From Chiloscyllium plagiosum (lineage: Eukaryota), in the NCBI RefSeq assembly GCF_004010195.1, contig NC_057735.1, positions 18,134,056 through 18,198,055 on the forward strand: a DNA stretch of 64,000 nt. Direction: 5' to 3'. Under the pieces are notes generated by a model, which saw only the letters and a list, made by a program, of their open reading frames with translations, had not been told where the DNA came from and ran no database searches. A program made the position numbers and the translations under genes. Shown here piece by piece: positions 39,639-52,200 of the stretch (position 1 is its first letter; every line of letters begins with the position of its first letter).

Positions 39639-39844
39639 GAGCTGAAAATGTGTTGCTGGAACAGCACAGCACATCAGGCAGCATCCAGGGAACAGGAGAA
39701 TCGACGTTTCGGGCATAAGTCCTTCTTCAGACTTATGCCCGAAATGTCGATTCCCCTGTTCCCTGGATGCTGCCTAACCTGTTGTGCTGTTCTAACAACA
39801 CATTTTCAGCTCTGATCTCCAGCATCTGCAGACCTCACTTTCTC
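39639..39844. mobile_element. Fold-back mini-insertion made of two inverted PLE pLTR ends
   Basis: Arms 39639-39720 and 39731-39812 are inverted repeats, flanked by CCCCATCTACA / CCCCATTTACA. Confidence 0.88.
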
Positions 39845-40649
39845 CCCCATTTACACTTCTCATTGCCGTGGAAAGATTTCCAAAATCAAAGACCCCCTCC
39901 CAGCCCAGTAATACTCTCATACGTTTTCATCAGGCAGTAATACTTTCATCAGGCAGAAGATACAGAAGCTTGAACACACATACAACAGGTTCAAGAACAG
40001 CTTCTCTGCTGTTAATAGACTGATGAATGGACTCACTAAATAATATTGATCTTGCTTCACACACCTCCTGTGCAGTGTAACCTGTATGCCTCATTCTGTA
40101 TAAGCACCCTATGATCTGCCTGTACTGCTCACAAACAAAGCATTTCACTGTACTTAGGTACACACGACTAAAATAATCAAATGATGTTTGACTCAATGAC
40201 CTGCAGCTTCTCAGTTTATCACGATTACTTCTAAGTAATGGTACTACCTTCACGGTCATCCAGTCTTCTGGCATCTTTCCGGGAGATCAGAAAAAAATCT
40301 GAAAATAAATGACTAAAACCCAAATCTACTGCTTTCTTGGTTCCTACAGCACCGTTGTATATACTTCTAGGGCTGCGGATCTCTCGTTTTTTTTTTCACT
40401 TTTATATCGGCCAATACGTCCTTCTCTCGATGGAAACCTGTTTAAGTATAGGTCACCTCGTTGATTTCTATAATTCTTCTTCTCTATAGTGAACACAGCT
40501 ACACCATTTAAATCATTTGCTTTCAGCAGAACTATTCGTAAATGGGATTTGGGCCAGCAGAAGCGATACATTACCTATGCTTCTCAATAAATGTACACTC
40601 TCCCGGTTATAAACTGTCCTGTTAAAGGGATACACAAATAATACCAGGG

Positions 40650-41300
40650 CCTAATGAATCACCCCAGCGCGCCCATCACCACCACAACCAACCGACACAA
40701 TGTTCTTTAATAATCACAACTTTCCTAAATGAAAAAGGCGAACAGGCCCGTCTTCTACTTCCAACAGCTGAAAGCGTTACATAAGTTTTAGAAAAACGTC
40801 TATTTACCCACATAAAAAGGGCAGGACCCGAAGTTGCACCCAAACCAACGACAAACAACAAGCATTCACTCCAGAGACAATGCGGCGCGTCGTTACTACG
40901 CATGTGCACGACATCACAAAGCCCGCAACGTCTATCACGTGTTTATCCCCACCGCCCAGACCGACACACACCGCGATCCTTTGCGAATGGTTTCGACCCG
41001 CCCCTCGAGCCATCGCATCGGTCTCTGCGGCTGACGTCACGCGGACGCCGGCTGGCGGTTGCTGTATTTGAAGCGGCCGCCGGCGACATGTCCCTGCCAG
41101 TGAGGAAGGGTGAGTGAGAAAGAACGCGGGATCAACGCCAGAACCCGAGTGGCTGGTGACTGTCGTCCAAAATTTACTGTCTTCCCCTCACTTCTTCTCT
41201 CCCAAAATAAACATTCGGTTGCGTGTTGAGAAGGAGTGGCACCGGGCTGTCAGATTTCGTGCACTTGCGGTTGAATCTTCCTGACCGACGGTGTCCGGTG
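40650..41300. promoter_or_regulatory. CpG-island promoter of PFKFB2, probably bidirectional with YOD1
   Basis: Highest CpG density in the window. CACGTG at 40936-40941, CCGCCC at 40952 and 40998, perfect CRE TGACGTCA at 41032-41039; the ATG exon follows at 41088. Confidence 0.8.
41088..41109 (+). CDS. PFKFB2: Candidate first coding exon of PFKFB2 (MSLPVRK plus 1 nt)
   Basis: GGCGACATG (G at -3) inside the CpG island, with strong donor AAGG|GTGAGT. Phase 1 matches the exon at 53520, giving [18 protein letters not shown]. Confidence 0.6.
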
Positions 41301-41624
41301 CAAGGTTACAGTAAACCTAGGCTGGTTTACACATTCAGTACTGTACGGCATTGCACTATTGTAAAGCATTCTTAAAACTGTTGATTTAAATATCAAAGTG
41401 ATTACTAAGGGGATCAAGGGTTACGGGAGAACGAAGGAGAACGGGGTCGAGAAACGTCAGCCATGGTCCAATGGCGGAGCAGGCTCAATGGACCGAATGG
41501 TCTAATCCTAGAAATGGCTGGAAATACATAACAGGTCTGTTAGCATCTGTGGACAGAGCATGATAGAAATATCGTTTCGGATCGATGACCTTTCATCAAC
41601 CTTCGTAAGATTTTGAATGGCAAG

Positions 41625-42238
41625 ATGTGAAGGGAGGGTATGCTTTCCTTTATTGGTCAGAGCATTGAGTAGAGGAGTTGGGAGGTCATGTTGTGGCTGT
41701 TGATTAGACCACTTTTGGAATACTGTGTACAATTCTAGTCTCCTTCCTATCAAAAGGATATTGTGAAACTTGAAAGGTTTCAGAAAAGATTTATAAGGAT
41801 GTTGCCAGGATTGGAGGATTTGAACTATAGGGAGGGGCTGAATAGACTAGGGCTGTTTTCCCTGGAGTTTTGAAGGCTATGGGTGACCTCACAGAGGTTT
41901 ATAAAATCATGAGGGGCATGGATAGGATAAACAGACAAGGTCTTTTCATGGGGTGGGGGAAGTCCAGAACTAGAGAGCATAGGTTTAGGGTGGGAGGAGA
42001 AAGATATGTAACCTAAGGAGCAAGTTTTTCACACACAGGGTATAGTGTATGTGGAATGAGCAGCCAGAGGAAATGGTAGAGGCCCGTACAATTGCAACAT
42101 TTAAAAGGCATCTGGATGGGTATATGAATAGGAAGGGTTTAGAGGGATATAGGCCAAGTTCTGGCAAATGGGACTAGATTAGATTGGGCTATCTGGTCGA
42201 AGGGTCTACTTCCCGTGCTGTACATCTCTATGACTCTG
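41625..42238 (+). mobile_element. CR1 LINE 3' fragment in PFKFB2 intron
   Basis: Same family and tail (GTGCTGTACATCTCTATGACTCTG) as 27268-28470. Confidence 0.9.
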
Positions 42239-44032
42239 AGGGCCATGGAGGAAAGATAGGGGAATGGGTCCAGCTAAATTATTCTTGTAAATAATTGGTA
42301 CAGAGTCTGAATCTATGGTTCAAATGCCATTCCTATGTGCTGTAACTATGATTCTGCGAAGAAATTTCTACTCTTGGCTGACTTCTTGTCGTTGAGACTG
42401 AACATATGATAGCCACTGAGCATCAAGCCTTCTCTGAGCTTTTTGTTCCAACAAGATCACTTAGTCTTCTGAGTTCTGCAGCATGTAAGCCCCTTCTCTA
42501 TTTATCCTCCTGGCAACTGTCCCATTCCAGGATTCAGTCTGGTGATTTTTATTGTTCTCAGATATGATTTCATGAAAATAATTGTCAGGCTGTTGATTGG
42601 TTAAGTCTGTGGTACCACCGACACAGATTTGTTGTGAGCCCTTAGGTGTTAAGCAGGAGTTTGTATGATTGACTGGGTAAAGTGTGGCTTTGTTTCTGGT
42701 GCCTGTGATCTGTCCAAATTTGTCTTCTGTGGCTTTTCTGTAGTAATCTGATACAACTGAATTAAAATAAAATAAATTCTGGAAATGTTCAGCGAGTCAG
42801 GAAGCATCCATGGAAAGAAACAGAATGAGTTTTCATCAGAACAGGAAAGTCATCCACCTAAAGTGCGAATTCTTTTTTCATATATGATGCCAAATATACT
42901 GAGAATTTCCAGCATTTTAAAATTTAATTTCACATTTCCAGTGTTTGGATTATTTTGCTTTTGTGATCTAACTGAATGACTTGCTACACCACTTCAGAGG
43001 TCATTTATGAGTGAACTATATTGAAGTGTGAATAGAGTCATCTTTAAGCCAGACTGAGTAAGAATGGCAAACTGGATGGATTTTTCTATCTTATGGCATT
43101 GTATGGCACCCATTAAATCTTGTTTAAATTTGGTTTCTAATTTTTGACCAAAAATCTTTAATTTTTAAATAGCCCATGTAAATGTCACCTCAAAGTTTCT
43201 AGTATATATCACTCTAACTCAACTCACCCCACTTGTGTTCAGAGTTATACCTCAGCGACCAGGATTTGAAGCAGGAGTTTTCTGTTCTATCTACTTCATT
43301 GTTAGATCGCACAGTGCAATTTTTTTCACAAAGGTATTGGGCAAGTTTAATTTGTCATTGAAATGGCAGAGGTAAGATTGGAACAAAATGCAAAATAACG
43401 TGCAAGATTTGTATGATCATCACGCATATTAAACTTTCCCAGAAGCGGAACTACATTCACTGAATGGTCTTCATAGTCTTATGGCCCAGAGGAAAAGGAT
43501 TACGAAAAATATACTTTTTTGGGCTTCCTTTTTACTAAAGAACATTTCCTTATAAGCTGCAAGCATTTGAAACAGAAAGACTGAATACCTAACACAGTTC
43601 TTTGCTGACTGTCCAAAATATTATTTTGTAAAAGTTGACTCTGTGCATTTTGCCTAAACATGTCTTGAATTCATTTAAAACAGTCACTAGTTTAAAAATT
43701 TGAACTTGTATCTACAGAGCATAAAATCGGCCTGTAGACTACTAGTCCAGTGGCATTAGCATTATGCCTCATAATGAAAGCTGAAAGAAAATCTAATTTT
43801 AAAAAAACTTGGGCATTATTTTATACATGACAAGCAAGTTTTATGTTATCAAATTTGATTTAAAAAGTGTGCATTTCAAATCCAACCAACGTTTGACAAT
43901 ACTAAACAATATAAATATTTCACAACATTTTATGTCAAAAAATGACTGCATAGTCCAGAAAATGCCCTTGTGTATGCTCAGACTGAGCCCTCTTCTCAAC
44001 TATAAATATTGCATTTGTGGGATTTCAGTCCT

Positions 44033-44360
44033 AGAGTCATAGAGATGTATAGCACAGAAACAGAACCTTCAGTCAACCAGTCCATGCCGGCCAGATATCC
44101 CAACCCAATCTAGTCCCACCTGCCAGCATCTGGCCCATATCCCTCCAAACCCTTCCTATTCATATATCCATCCAGATGCCTTTTAAATGTTGCAATTGTA
44201 CTAGCCTCCACCACTTCCTCTGGCAGCTCATTCCATACACATACACAAATGTTGCCCCTTAGGTGTCTTTTATATCTTTGCCCTCTCACCTTAAACCCAT
44301 GCCCGCTAGTTCTGGATACCCCCACTACTGGGAAGACACTTTGTCTATTTATCCTACCCA
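44033..44360 (-). mobile_element. CR1 3'-end fragment inserted into older CR1 sequence (44360-45380)
   Basis: SRTSGHGFKVRG...VWNELPEEVVEA...FKRHLDGYM plus tail; the adjacent sequence resembles the decayed CR1 at 2166-3100. Confidence 0.85.
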
Positions 44361-47300
44361 CCAGGACCTTTCCGCAATCTAGGGAATTTTAGATTATTAC
44401 AGTCAACTCATCTACTATCTCTAAAGCCACCTCTTTAAAAACCTATTGGCTTTTAGCTTGTTAGTTTTCCTAATACTTAAATTTATCCCTCCCTTTTCCC
44501 TCTTGATTTTCTTGTATTGGATACTTGTGTTTTCTATTGTGAAGACAGATGCAAAATGCTCAAAGTCTTTGCCATTTCCTTACTTTCCAGTGTTTATTCC
44601 CCAATCTCACCCTCCATTAGCTACTTTTTGAAATACTTGTCAAAACGTTTACTGCCTTTTTTTCATATTTCTTGCTAGTTTTCTCTCTCTCTAATTTCTC
44701 CCATTTTTAAAATCATCCTTTGCTAATTTCTGGAATGTTCCCAATTTTTAGGTGACCCGTAGCCTTTGCAGCATTGTGCGTATTTTTTTAATATGATATC
44801 ACCATTAATGTGCTTCCTTAGATGGATGATGCATCTTTCTTATTCTAGTTTCAGTTTGTCTTTTATATTTGTTGACAGTCATGAAATATTTCCTTAAATG
44901 TCGGTGACTACTTCTCTCTATCTTACCTTTTAACCTATTCTCCCAATTCCACTCTCGCTACCTCTGTCTTCATGCCCAGCTTTATTTCAAAGTTTCAGAC
45001 CTATCTTTGAATTGAATCCCAATATGATAATCATATTGGGATCACTCTTCCCTGGAAGAGCCTTTACCATGAGCCTATTAATCGATGACAAATCATTTTA
45101 CATCTCTGGTTACGGAATGTTTTGCTGTCAGAAAATGTGCTGACTGCATTAGAAGTACTCATTTTCCAAACTACCTTTGCCATTGATTAATTTGATTTAT
45201 GTAAAGATTAATGTCTTCAACAATTATCACAGTACCTTTCTTCCAAGTTCTCAGAATTTCCTGATTTTTGCTGTCCTACTGTATAACTACTGTCAGGTAT
45301 CCTACAAATGACTATCCCTGACATTTTTCCTTTCACAATTATCTTTATTCAAATTGATTCTCAAACCAAGATCATTTGTCACTGTAATCGAAAGGGCATT
45401 GTGTAGTTGGAGCATATCTTTGCTTTTGTTTTTACATGTTTTTGTTTTCTCTGAAGTTGTCACTTATTATTTACAGTTACTTCCCACTCATCCATTGATG
45501 CTATGCTTGTTCTGTCTTCAATTTTAAAATTCTCATTCTGGTATGTCCTACTCCTTGCCTCTGGGCTATTAAGGGTTGGAGCAGAAAGAAATGAAATGCA
45601 AAACCATCAATCGTGCAGACACAGAAAATACAGCACAGTTCTAAATTCCAATGGTCAAATTCAAAAGGAGTAATCAACATATGGTCATCATTCCACATTG
45701 AAACCTCATTAATCAGCGGGTTGAATTTGACCATTGGAATTTAGAACTATGCTATAACCATGCTCTATGTCAGTGATGGTTTTGCACCTTGTTTCTTTCA
45801 TGTGTTCTGCAGCAAACAACACAAACCTCTGGCCAGGTCTAATTGGCGTACTATTTATGGAACTAATTTAGTGAAGTTTTATGTATCTTAGCATGTTCAT
45901 GATGATTAGTGGAGTGGTTGTAATATTGTTAAAGAGATTGGAATGTCATTCAAGATCGACTGTGAACACAATGGTGGGATAAGTTTTACACTAGTTATAT
46001 AGCAAAAACACACAACCATGAGTAGTAAGTACTAGACCAGATCAGGCAGGATGGTTGGCATACATGAAAAGCTCTTTCTCTCTCTCTTATTACACATATT
46101 CTTGCTCCAAATCTATCCAAAGTTTTAAATCAGTCAGGAGTCTTGCTGAGAGTCTTCCTCAACTATCTATTGTACTGAGACCTCCCAAAGTCTTTTAATT
46201 TATACTTGTGAACTTTGAAGCCTTTTCATCCTATTAAGATTTGCTTTATTTCAAAATATGTTATCAGACATCAAGTCTTTTCTATAAACTTTGGACTGAG
46301 TTTGGAGTAGGAGATCAGGCAGCAACTGTGGAAATTGAAACCAAGTTAATGTTTTCAGGTAATAATCTTTCAGTGGAACCTGGGCATATGTTCACATGTT
46401 GTGTTTCAGCTGCTGTAGTTCATAGCTTTCAGGGTTTTTTTAAAATAAATATATGAGTGACATCGATTTTCATTCAGATAGAAAGTCACTTGTATCAAGT
46501 TAGAAATTTCTAAGTTCCCAGAAACACTTGCTGCATACATTTTCTTAGATAAGGGATTTTTGCAAATCTTTCAAATGAGAGTAAAGTACCAATAAAGATT
46601 AAACTTGTGATATTAAAAAGTCCATACAGCTCTTCTTTATGGTTTTGAGCTAGCAATTGAAGATAAGGAGCTCCCTTTTTGCCATGTGCAAGATACAGCA
46701 GTTAAAAGTGTAGTGCAAAAGGAAAACCTTGCCTATGAAGAGCTCCAACCATCATTAATCTGTGTCACATGAAGCTTGAATGGTGTCTCATGGAAAAGTA
46801 AAGAGGAATTTGAGCTCAAAATTCCTGGCTTTCATGAAGTAAGACCAGGTCAGTATTTAGCAGTAGCTGCTCAGTCCCAGCAACATGCCTTGGTATTCAG
46901 TCTCAAAAGATGTTACCTCAAGAAATATGAGCAGGGGTAGACTGTTCAGTGCCTCAGGCCTACCCTGCTATTCTATAAGATCATGGCTTACTGCCCCAAG
47001 CCTCAATTCCTCTTTTATGCCAATGCTGCATGTCCGTCAACTTCCTGATATTCCTCTGTCCTCCACTCCAACCTCTCACCCTCACAACGTGCAGCCCTCC
47101 ACTCCCTCTGCTCCAATCCCAACCTCACCGTCAAACCAGCAGATAAAGGGGGTGCAGTAGTAGTTTGGCGCACTGACCTCTACACCGCTGAAGCCAGATG
47201 CCAACTCGAAGACACCTCCTTCTACTGCCCCCTTGACCATGATCCCACCCCCATCATCAAACCATCATCTCCCAGACCATACAGAACCTCATCACCTCAG

Positions 47301-48141
47301 CAGCTCTCCCACCCACAGCTTCCAACCTCATAGTCCGGGAACCCCGCACCGCCCAATTCTAACCCTTCCCAAGATCCACAAACCTGACCACTCCGGCCGA
47401 CCCATTGTCTCAACCTGCTCCTGCCCCTCCGAACTCATCTCCACCTACCTCGATACTGTCCTGTTCCCCCCTAGTCCAGGAACTCCCCGCATACTTTCAA
47501 GACACCACCCACGCCCTCCAAGACTTCCATTTCCTGGGCCCCCAACACCTCATCTTCCCCATGGACATCCAATCCCTCTACACCTCCACCTGCCATGACC
47601 AGGGTCTCCAAGCCGTCCATTTCTTCCTCTCCCGACGTCCCCAACAGTACCCTTCCACTGACACTCATTCATTTGGCTGAACTGGTCCTCACCCTTAACA
47701 ATTTCTCCTTCGAATCCTCCCACTTCCTCCAGAACAAAGGGGTAGCCATGGGCGCCTGTATGGGCCCCAGCTATGCCTGTTTCTTTGTCGGCTACGTAGA
47801 ACAGTCTATCTTCCGTAGTTACACCGGCACCACTCCCCACATCTTCTTCCACTACATTGATGACTGCATCGGTGCCACCTCGTGCTCCCGCGAGGAGGTT
47901 AAGCAGTTCATCAACCTCACCAACACATTCCACTCCGACCTTAAGTTCACCTGGACCGTCTCTGACACCTCCCTCCCCTTCCTGGACTTCTCCATCAATG
48001 ACAACCAACTTGACACTGACATTTTTTTACAAACCCACTGATTCCCACAGCTACCTGAATTACACCTCTTCCTACCCTACCTCCTGCAAAAATGCCATTC
48101 CGTATTCCCAATTCCTCTGCCGTATCTGCTTCCAGGAGGAC

Positions 48142-48449
48142 TAGATTAGATTAGATTACTTACAGTGTGGAAACAGGCCCTTCGGCCCAACAAGTCCACA
48201 CCGCCCCGCCGAAGCGCAACCCACCCATACCCCTGCATTTACCCTTTACCTAACACTACGGGCAATTTAGCATGGCCAATTTACCTGACCTGCACATCTT
48301 TGGACTGTGGGAGGAAACCGGAGCACCCGGAGGAAACCCACGCAGACACTGGGAGAACGTGCAAACTCCACACAGTCAGTCGCCTGAGGCAGGAATTGAA
48401 CTCGGGTCTCTGGCACTGTGAGGCAGCAGTGCTAACCACCGTGCCGCCC
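48142..48449 (-). mobile_element. Young HE1/V-SINE-type SINE nested in PLE RT
   Basis: Near-identical to 38951-39273; PLE sequence resumes on both sides. Confidence 0.93.
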
Positions 48450-49216
48450 ATAGTTCCACCACAGAACACACCAGATGGCCTCCTCCTTTAGAGATTGAAA
48501 TTTCCCTTCCCTCATGATTGAAGATGCCCTCCAACACATCTCATCCACATTCCACACCTCCGCCCTCAAACCCCACCCTCCAACTGTCACAAGGACAGAA
48601 CCCCTCCAGTCCTCACTTTCCACCCTACCAACCTTCGCATNNNNNNNNNNNNNNNNNNNNNNNNNNNNNNNNNNNNNNNNNNNNNNNNNNNNNNNNNNNN
48701 NNNNNNNNNNNNNNNNNNNNNNNNNNNNNNNNNNNNNNNNNNNNNNNNNNNNNNNNNNNNNNNNNNNNNNNNNNNNNNNNNNNNNNNNNNNNNNNNNNNN
48801 NNNNNNNNNNNNNNNNNNNNNNNNNNNNNNNNNNNNNNNNNNNNNNNNNNNNNNNNNNNNNNNNNNNNNNNNNNNNNNNNNNNNNNNNNNNNNNNNNNNN
48901 NNNNNNNNNNNNNNNNNNNNNNNNNNNNNNNNNNNNNNNNNNNNNNNNNNNNNNNNNNNNNNNNGAACACTTCAACCCCAGGACATCAATGTGGACTTCA
49001 CCAGTTTCCTCCCCTCACCTTACCTCAGTTCCAACCTTCCAGCTCAGCTCTGAGCTCATGACCTATCCTACGTGCCAATCTCTTTTCCCAACTATCCGTT
49101 CTACCCCCCCAACATATCACCTCCACCCCCCCCCATTCACCTATTGTACTCTTTGCTACCTTCTCCCCAGCCCCATCCCCCCCTTTAATCTCTCCACCCT
49201 GGGGCTCCCTGTCTCT

Positions 49217-49252
49217 ATTCCTGATGAAGGGCTTTTGCCCGAAACGTCGATT
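49217..49252 (+). ncRNA. Minimal type I hammerhead ribozyme motif in a PLE pLTR (sense to PFKFB2)
   Basis: ATTC-CTGATGA-A-GGGC-TTTT-GCCC-GAAAC-GTC-GATT: intact core, perfect 4-bp stem II and ACGT palindromic stem III; stem I is weak. Confidence 0.72.
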
Positions 49253-49379
49253 TTCCTGCTCCTCGGATGTTGCCTTTCCTGCTGTGCTTTTCCAGCACTG
49301 CTCTGATCAAAACTCTGGTTTCCAGCATCTGCAGTCCTCACTTTTGCCTTTCAATAATCTACCTAGTGTGCTTTATATA

Positions 49380-51715
49380 GTTTTTGTAATCAAACTTAAA
49401 CAACTTTCTGGCGTAGAGAATTCCAGAGTTTCGTTGCCTTCCAGGAGAAGAAATTGCTTTTCATTTCAGTGATAAATGTGTCTCCTTATTCTGTAACTAT
49501 ATCCCTTATTTCAGATTTCCCCACTAATGGGGACATCACCTTACAATCTACCCTGTCAAGCCCCATCAGAATTTTGTATGTTTCAATAGATTTTTTTTTT
49601 ATTTCGCTACAATCTAATGTTTCGCTGTTCTTGATGTCAATCCTTTCATCCCAGTATCAGCCTCGGGTGAATCTCTTGAACTGCCTCTGAAGCAGTATGT
49701 CTTCTCTTGAATACAGGCATTAAAACTATACCCTTCACTAGGTGTAACCTCGCCAGCACCTTCTATAGTTGTTAGAAGATTTTCTTGTTTTTAAACTCCA
49801 ATCTCCTAAGAGTAAAGGCCAAAATTCCATTAAAAACAAAATTTTGCAGATGCTGGAAAGTGACACAGTGTAAAAATACAGCAGAAAATCAGGTCTGTTC
49901 GCATGTGTGGAGTCAGAAATGGAGATATGTTTTTTGAGCAGTATGACTTCAAATCTGAGTTTTTCTAGCATTTTTCTTTTTTTCCCAAAGTTCCATTTGC
50001 TTAATTCCTTTGCTGTCCCTGCATACTAAATTTTTGTGATTCAAGCATATAAACACCCAAGTCTCCCTCGACTGCACCGTTTTGGTCTCCAAAAATGACT
50101 TGACCTCTATTTAAATAACATTCCACCTTTCTGATTCTTGCCACAAAAGTGCATGATCTCACAACTTCCTACATAAAACTTAATCTGTTTTTCCCTCTCA
50201 CGCAATCCATCAATTTTCCCCTGCATATTTCTTATGATCTCATCATAGCATACCCTCGCACCTATTTTCATATCGCTAGCAAATTTGGATATATTACATT
50301 CTGCCACCTCCTCTAAGTCATCAATATAGATAGTAAATAATTGAGGCCCTTGGATTAATCCCTGTGGAACTCCACTAGTTGCATCTCACCTGAAAAAGAC
50401 CCATTATTCCCAATTCTTTTGGTGTGTTAACCAATTCTTCATCCATGTTAATGCCTTACGCCTAATATCATTGTCTCCTTTCCTTATTCACACATGCATT
50501 GTGGGTATGCACGTTTGAATCGGTATTGCTTGCCCATCCATAGTTGCCCGTGAAAAGTTGATCGTGAGCTGCTGCATTGAACTGCCACAGTCCATGTGCT
50601 ATAGGTAGACCCATAATGCTGTTACAGAGAGAATTCCAGAATTTTGACTCAATTATGCTGGTGCAATAGAGATGTATTTCGAAGTCAAAGTGGTGATTGC
50701 CATTGAGGTAACCTGCAGGAGGTGATGTTACCATGGATCTGTTGACACATCATAGTATTGTGTGCAATCGCCCTTTATGTGGCATCTTATTGAATGCCTG
50801 ATGGAAGTTTGACTACACCTATTGATTCCCATTTATACACTTGTGTCCTAAAACAATTCTAGCAAATTTGTCAAATGTGATCTATCTTTTACTAAGCTAT
50901 GTTGAGTTTGATTGCATAAAGTTTTCCTAAATATCCTGTTATTTCTTCCTTAATAACAGATTCTGGATTTTCCCCAATGACAGCCAAGTGACCTATAGTT
51001 TCCTGCTTTCTGTCTCACTGCCTTCTTGAATAGGGGTTTCACATTACTGGTTTTCCGCTGAACCCTCCTGCAACTGAGTGAGTTCTGGAATATTGTGACT
51101 AAAGCCTCTACTACCTCTGCAACCACTTCCTTCAGAATCCTTGGATATAGTCCATCAGTTCCTTGTGACTTATCTACTTTTAGTTCAATTAGTTTATCAA
51201 ATACTTGGCACAGTGGTTAGCACTGCTGCCTCGCAGCGCCAGAGGCCTGGGCTCAATTCCCGCCTCAGGCGACTGTCTATGTGGAGTTTGCACATTCTCC
51301 CCGTGTCTGCGTGGGTTTCCTCCGGGTGCTCCGGTTTCCTCCCACAGTCCAAAAGATGTGCAGGTCAGGTGAATTGGCCATGCTAAATTGCCCGTATGGT
51401 TAGGTGAAGGGGTAAGTGTAGGGATATGGGTGAGTTGCGCTTCAGTGGGTTGGTGTGGATTTGTTGAGCCGAAGGGCCTGTTTCCACACTGTAAGTAAAC
51501 TAATCTAAAATAAAAACTTTGTCCTTTGTGACAGAGACTATGACGAGATCTTTCCTCCCATTCGCATTATCTTTGGGGTGTTTACAGTATCCTCCACTAT
51601 GAAGACTGATGCAAAATATTGGTTTAAATTATCTAACATTTCCCTGCACCCCATGATTAATTCTGCAGTTGCATCCTCCAAAAGCCTCACACCTATGTTA
51701 GCTACCCTCTTATTT
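49380..51715 (-). mobile_element. Old CR1 LINE remnants with nested fragments
   Basis: CNISKFASDMKIG (FADD-like) at 50107-50307 plus CR1 linker/3' motifs; interrupted by a pLTR-like piece, an L2-like tail (50480-50745) and a SINE. Confidence 0.7.
51207..51510 (+). mobile_element. HE1/V-SINE-type SINE
   Basis: GGCACAGTGGTTAGCACTGCTGCCTC...GGGTTTCCTCCGGGTGCTCCGG...GTTTCCACACTGTAAGTAAACTAATCTAA. Confidence 0.93.
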
Positions 51716-52114
51716 TTTTTAAATTATAAATCACATTGTATGTAAAGCAATAACTGGTGCATGTAAACAGATTTTTGCAGGTATAAAACATGTTTCTATT
51801 TCTCATCTCTCTCCACACCCAGAATTCTTTGGGGCCTCCACCCTGAAGCCATTTTTCATGTGGTTTATAAATTTCAAGATTGGGCAGACCAACGCCTTTT
51901 TCCAAGGAGATCTTCAACTTGATCTTGAATACTCATGGAAGTCAGTTGCTTTTGGTTTTTATGTTTCTTACCAATTTATTTTTATCATCAAATCTTTCCC
52001 TTATTATTAGTTATTTTGTCATCCACCGTGAATTCCTGTATTCAAAAATCCCAATTCTTGCACTACATTACTTTTTTGCATGCTTCATATGCCTGGCAAA
52101 GAACAATAAAGTCG

Positions 52115-52200
52115 AATGTGTGGTGCTGGAAAAGTACAGCAAGTGAGGCAGCATCCAAGGAGCAGGAGAAAAAATGTTGTCGGGCATAAGCCCTTCCCCA
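52115..52200 (-). mobile_element. Short PLE pLTR fragment
   Basis: GTGCTGGAAAAGTACAGCAAG..GGCAGCATCCAAGGAGCAGGAGAA...CGGGCATAAGCCCTTC matches 61390-61470. Confidence 0.75.

Larger units (their letters stand above)
47050..49330 (+). mobile_element. Penelope-like element (RT, N gap over GIY-YIG, pLTR), frameshifted and interrupted by a SINE
   Basis: KPADKGGAVVVW, LPKIHKPDHSGRPIVS, MDIQSLYT, GVAMGACMGPSYAC, YIDD, LPFLD, YKPTDSHSYL; TLQPQDIN after the gap; pLTR 49200-49330. Confidence 0.95.
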
